This document shows, one piece after another, positions 61,282 to 64,000 of a DNA stretch of 64,000 nucleotides. The stretch lies in NCBI GenBank assembly GCA_043228905.1, contig JBHGNT010000006.1, forward strand, positions 9,920,001 through 9,984,000, read 5' to 3'. Numbering within the stretch: position 1 is the stretch's first letter; every line of letters starts with the position of its first letter. The translations under genes were made by a program, and so were the position numbers. The stretch is from Azolla caroliniana. Taxonomy: Eukaryota > Plantae > Polypodiophyta. A model generated the notes under the pieces. It was not told where the DNA came from. It made no database searches and saw only the letters and a program-made list of their open reading frames with translations.

Positions 61282-63935
61282 ATGGACCCGCAAACGCTGT
61301 CGGAAGCCGCCAAGAAATGGCTAAAGCAACACGGGCTCGAGGGCTTCTTGACGATTATGGAGGCACCGCCACACAAAGAAGCTGACAAGGTGATCAAAGC
61401 AATCGACACAAAGGTCATAACGGCGGAGGCGATCCGTGCATTAACAGGCCTTCTGGAGGGAGGCATATTCACGATCGACAATCCGACCTCGGAGCAACTC
61501 ATCAAGTATTTTGGTGAGTACTCCCTAGCTAGCAAGGGCTACCGGACACAGGGCAGCGGAGATATGATGTTCCGCGAGATTGCCCGTGTGCTCCACGAAT
61601 ACGGCCATGTGTACCCTAGACCCCCTGTCATGCCGCAGAACCGTGCAGGGATGATCATCGCCACCTATGAAGGGATCAAGGTGGATTGGCCGGTATTGAT
61701 CGCAGACGGTTTGTGTGCGGCGATCGAGATCGTCAGAGGGAAAGACGGCAAAGAAGGCCAAGACGAACAGAGGATATGGCATGCAGTAACGCAGTGGCTC
61801 ACCTTGCTTGTGCCACCCGTCGAGTCCGTCGAGCCCAAGAAGCGGGGAAGAGTGGCGGACGGCACCCCAAAGACTGCTTCCAAAAGACAACAATTGTTGG
61901 CCTGTAAGGCCACTAAGGGGAAGGCAGCGGATGCAGAACAGGCGGGAAAGGAGAGCGCCAGCCGGAAGTGGCCAACGAATGCGCAGGAGGAACCACCGTA
62001 ACGGCCCATAAAGATTACACTCCGCCGACCGGTGAATAGAGAAGCGGACCCCTTGGCGGCGAAACTCAATGCCGGGACTCAGGAGGAGGAAATAGAGGAG
62101 GAGCCTACGGAGCACCTCCAACGACGGTCGTCGGCAAGGACCGTTGAGGCAGTCGGGAAACGTTCGGCCCCTCAGCTGGAGGGAACACCGGCTCCCCATA
62201 CTGAGACTCCCACGCCAAGGGAGGAACCGAAACCGGTGCGCATGGCACCGGAATCAGAAGCCCCTGCACCACCGGCAGCACCGACAAGTCCCATTCTGCT
62301 AGAGCCGGAAAGGTCAATGCAACCTCCCTCGGCCAACCAAGAAGAAGCGCAAGGGGAACCAGGACAGTAGGGTGGTCCACGGGTAGAAACGGAATTGCAA
62401 CTCGGCGCAATCAGGCGGGACCACCCACCCACAAGCGAGCCCATCCGTCAAACCTCCGTGCAAGCGCAACAACAATGCACCGGTAGCCTGTGGCTCCGGT
62501 GGATAGGCGAACAGGTTACCGGAGCAGTGGGGTATATTGAGGCGGAAGAAAGAGCGCAAAGCGAACGGTTGCTCGTCACAACCGAACAACTAGAGACGGC
62601 TCGGTCCAGAATCTGGTGCCTTTAAATAGACTTGGATCAGGTCACGACAGAAATTGCCAAAATGGCCTTAACAACAACACAGATCCAAGCATTGGTGACT
62701 CCGGTAAGTGTACAGAATAAAGAAACAGACCAACCTGTACATACTAATAAGACCCCGGCAACGGAAACCGTTCCAAAGAGAGATGTGGCGCAAGCCCAGG
62801 AGCTTGCGGAATTGAGAGATGAACTTGCCGCACAAGAAGCGCTAAGGAGCCGTGAATGGGAATTGAAGACAGCGGCCGAAGCAGAATTAAAGAAGACTGC
62901 TGAGAACCTCCGCCGGGCAAAGGAGAGCCTCCGGAAAGGCCATCAAGCGTACGAACGGCTAAGGGAGGAAAAAGACAAAGTGCTGCAGGAAAAGGACAAG
63001 CTGCGGAAGACGGCGGAAACGGAAATTGAACGGCTAAAGGAGGAGCTCCGCCAGCAGAAGGACCGCAAGGACCGGGCCCGTCGACAGATCAACGTACGGC
63101 TCAAGCAAAAGACAGATGATTTTGAGCACCTGCACCGGGACTACAAACGGCTGGAAACGGAGCATAAGGAACGGATGGCCGAGCTCCGGCAGGAAGTTGA
63201 TCGGGCCGCGACGGCACTCGCCGACGAACGAGCGGAAAATACAAGACAGTTGGACGAGGCGGAGAAGGTCCAGATGGAGCTCTAGAGTCAGCAGCAGGAA
63301 GAAAGGGAGAGAGCGACAACGGTATTGCAAAAATTACAAAGCACATATCAAGGGCAATTGACGCATTACAAGGAGCAAGCGGAAGACAACGTCAAAATCA
63401 TCAAGCAATTGAAGGAGGAACGGCAAGCTGCGGAGATCAAATCGCAGATGGGAACGGGCCGGATTCAGTGCATCCTCCGGGCATGGCTGAATCAGACAAA
63501 ACACTTGATTGACGAAAGCTCTGTAAGATGGTGGACAAAGTGGGCACAAAATACGGCGGAACTCCAATTGTTACAGGAAGACGTTGAAAACCGGCAGAAG
63601 GAAGGATATTATTGTTACACATTGACTTCCGAGGACTTCACCGCCATACGGGACGAGCTGGCCGAAGACTTCCAAGTCCTGGCGGATGAACAGCTGGTGC
63701 AGGTCTGGCAACTCGTAGCTCAGCTAGACAATGATAGGCTGGACGCTCAAATCCAGTTTGAAAGCTACGAGTGGTCCCGGGTTCGGGAAGAAAAAGCACG
63801 GGAAGCGGCAACGGTTAACCTTAGTGATGAGGAACCGTCGCCGGACGAGGGCCAGGCCGGAACCAGTCAACCGGAGACCACTACGACGAAGGGAGCAATG
63901 ACGGAAACGCCAGTGTTAGAGCAACAAACGCCAGT
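61282..63935 (+). pseudogene. Element C additional ORF3 (~885 codons): globular N-terminus, P/E-rich linker, long coiled coil
   Basis: Five listed ORFs (61282, 62032, 62395, 62632, 63325) are all in one frame, separated by single TAA/TAG codons. Confidence 0.75.
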
Positions 63936-64000
63936 AGTCCAGAGTGTGAAACTAAGGAGTTATTTAATTATTAAGGAATGGTTGTAAGTAAGCTATTAGT

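Larger units (their letters stand above)
42513..64000 (+). mobile_element. Ty3/gypsy element C (non-chromovirus type with an extra 3' ORF); 5' LTR about 42513-42949; 3' LTR sequence begins at 63936
   Basis: PBS-like TGGCGACCACG at 42955. Gag with knuckles (CVICQSKGHTTDRC, CYYCRREGH). agtccagagtgtgaaac..ggaatggttgtaagtaagctattagt recurs at 42532 and 63936. Confidence 0.88.

Overview
Land-plant nuclear DNA, probably from a bryophyte or other non-seed plant (inferred from the intron style and TE families). It opens with 12 exons of a Rab GDP-dissociation inhibitor gene (521-4680), three identical tRNA-Gly(GCC) genes, a candidate tRNA-Gly-headed SINE and an intact two-ORF RTEX-like LINE. From about 15 kb to the end it is a deep nest of Ty1/copia and Ty3/gypsy retrotransposons, with a hAT-type MITE and LINE fragments. 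The main finding is a DNA transposon at 27608-42223 (about 9.3 kb without a nested copia), bounded by 11-bp TIRs (AACACGTTCGC) and a 5-bp TSD (CCCCT). It carries a Sola/DUF7869-like transposase. Divergently, it carries a 6-exon gene for a ParB/Srx-like domain fused to a bacterial-type beta-class N6A/N4C DNA methyltransferase (DIPY ... NPYQKP ... DLFSGTGTT). Intron 1 of that gene holds 13 copies of a 25-bp palindrome at an exact 51-bp period. A diverged fragment of a second copy of the same gene lies at 18582-18862, so this is a family and not a one-off capture. This copy is inactivated by a few C-to-T-type stops and one frameshift. All calls were made by eye; no database searches were run.
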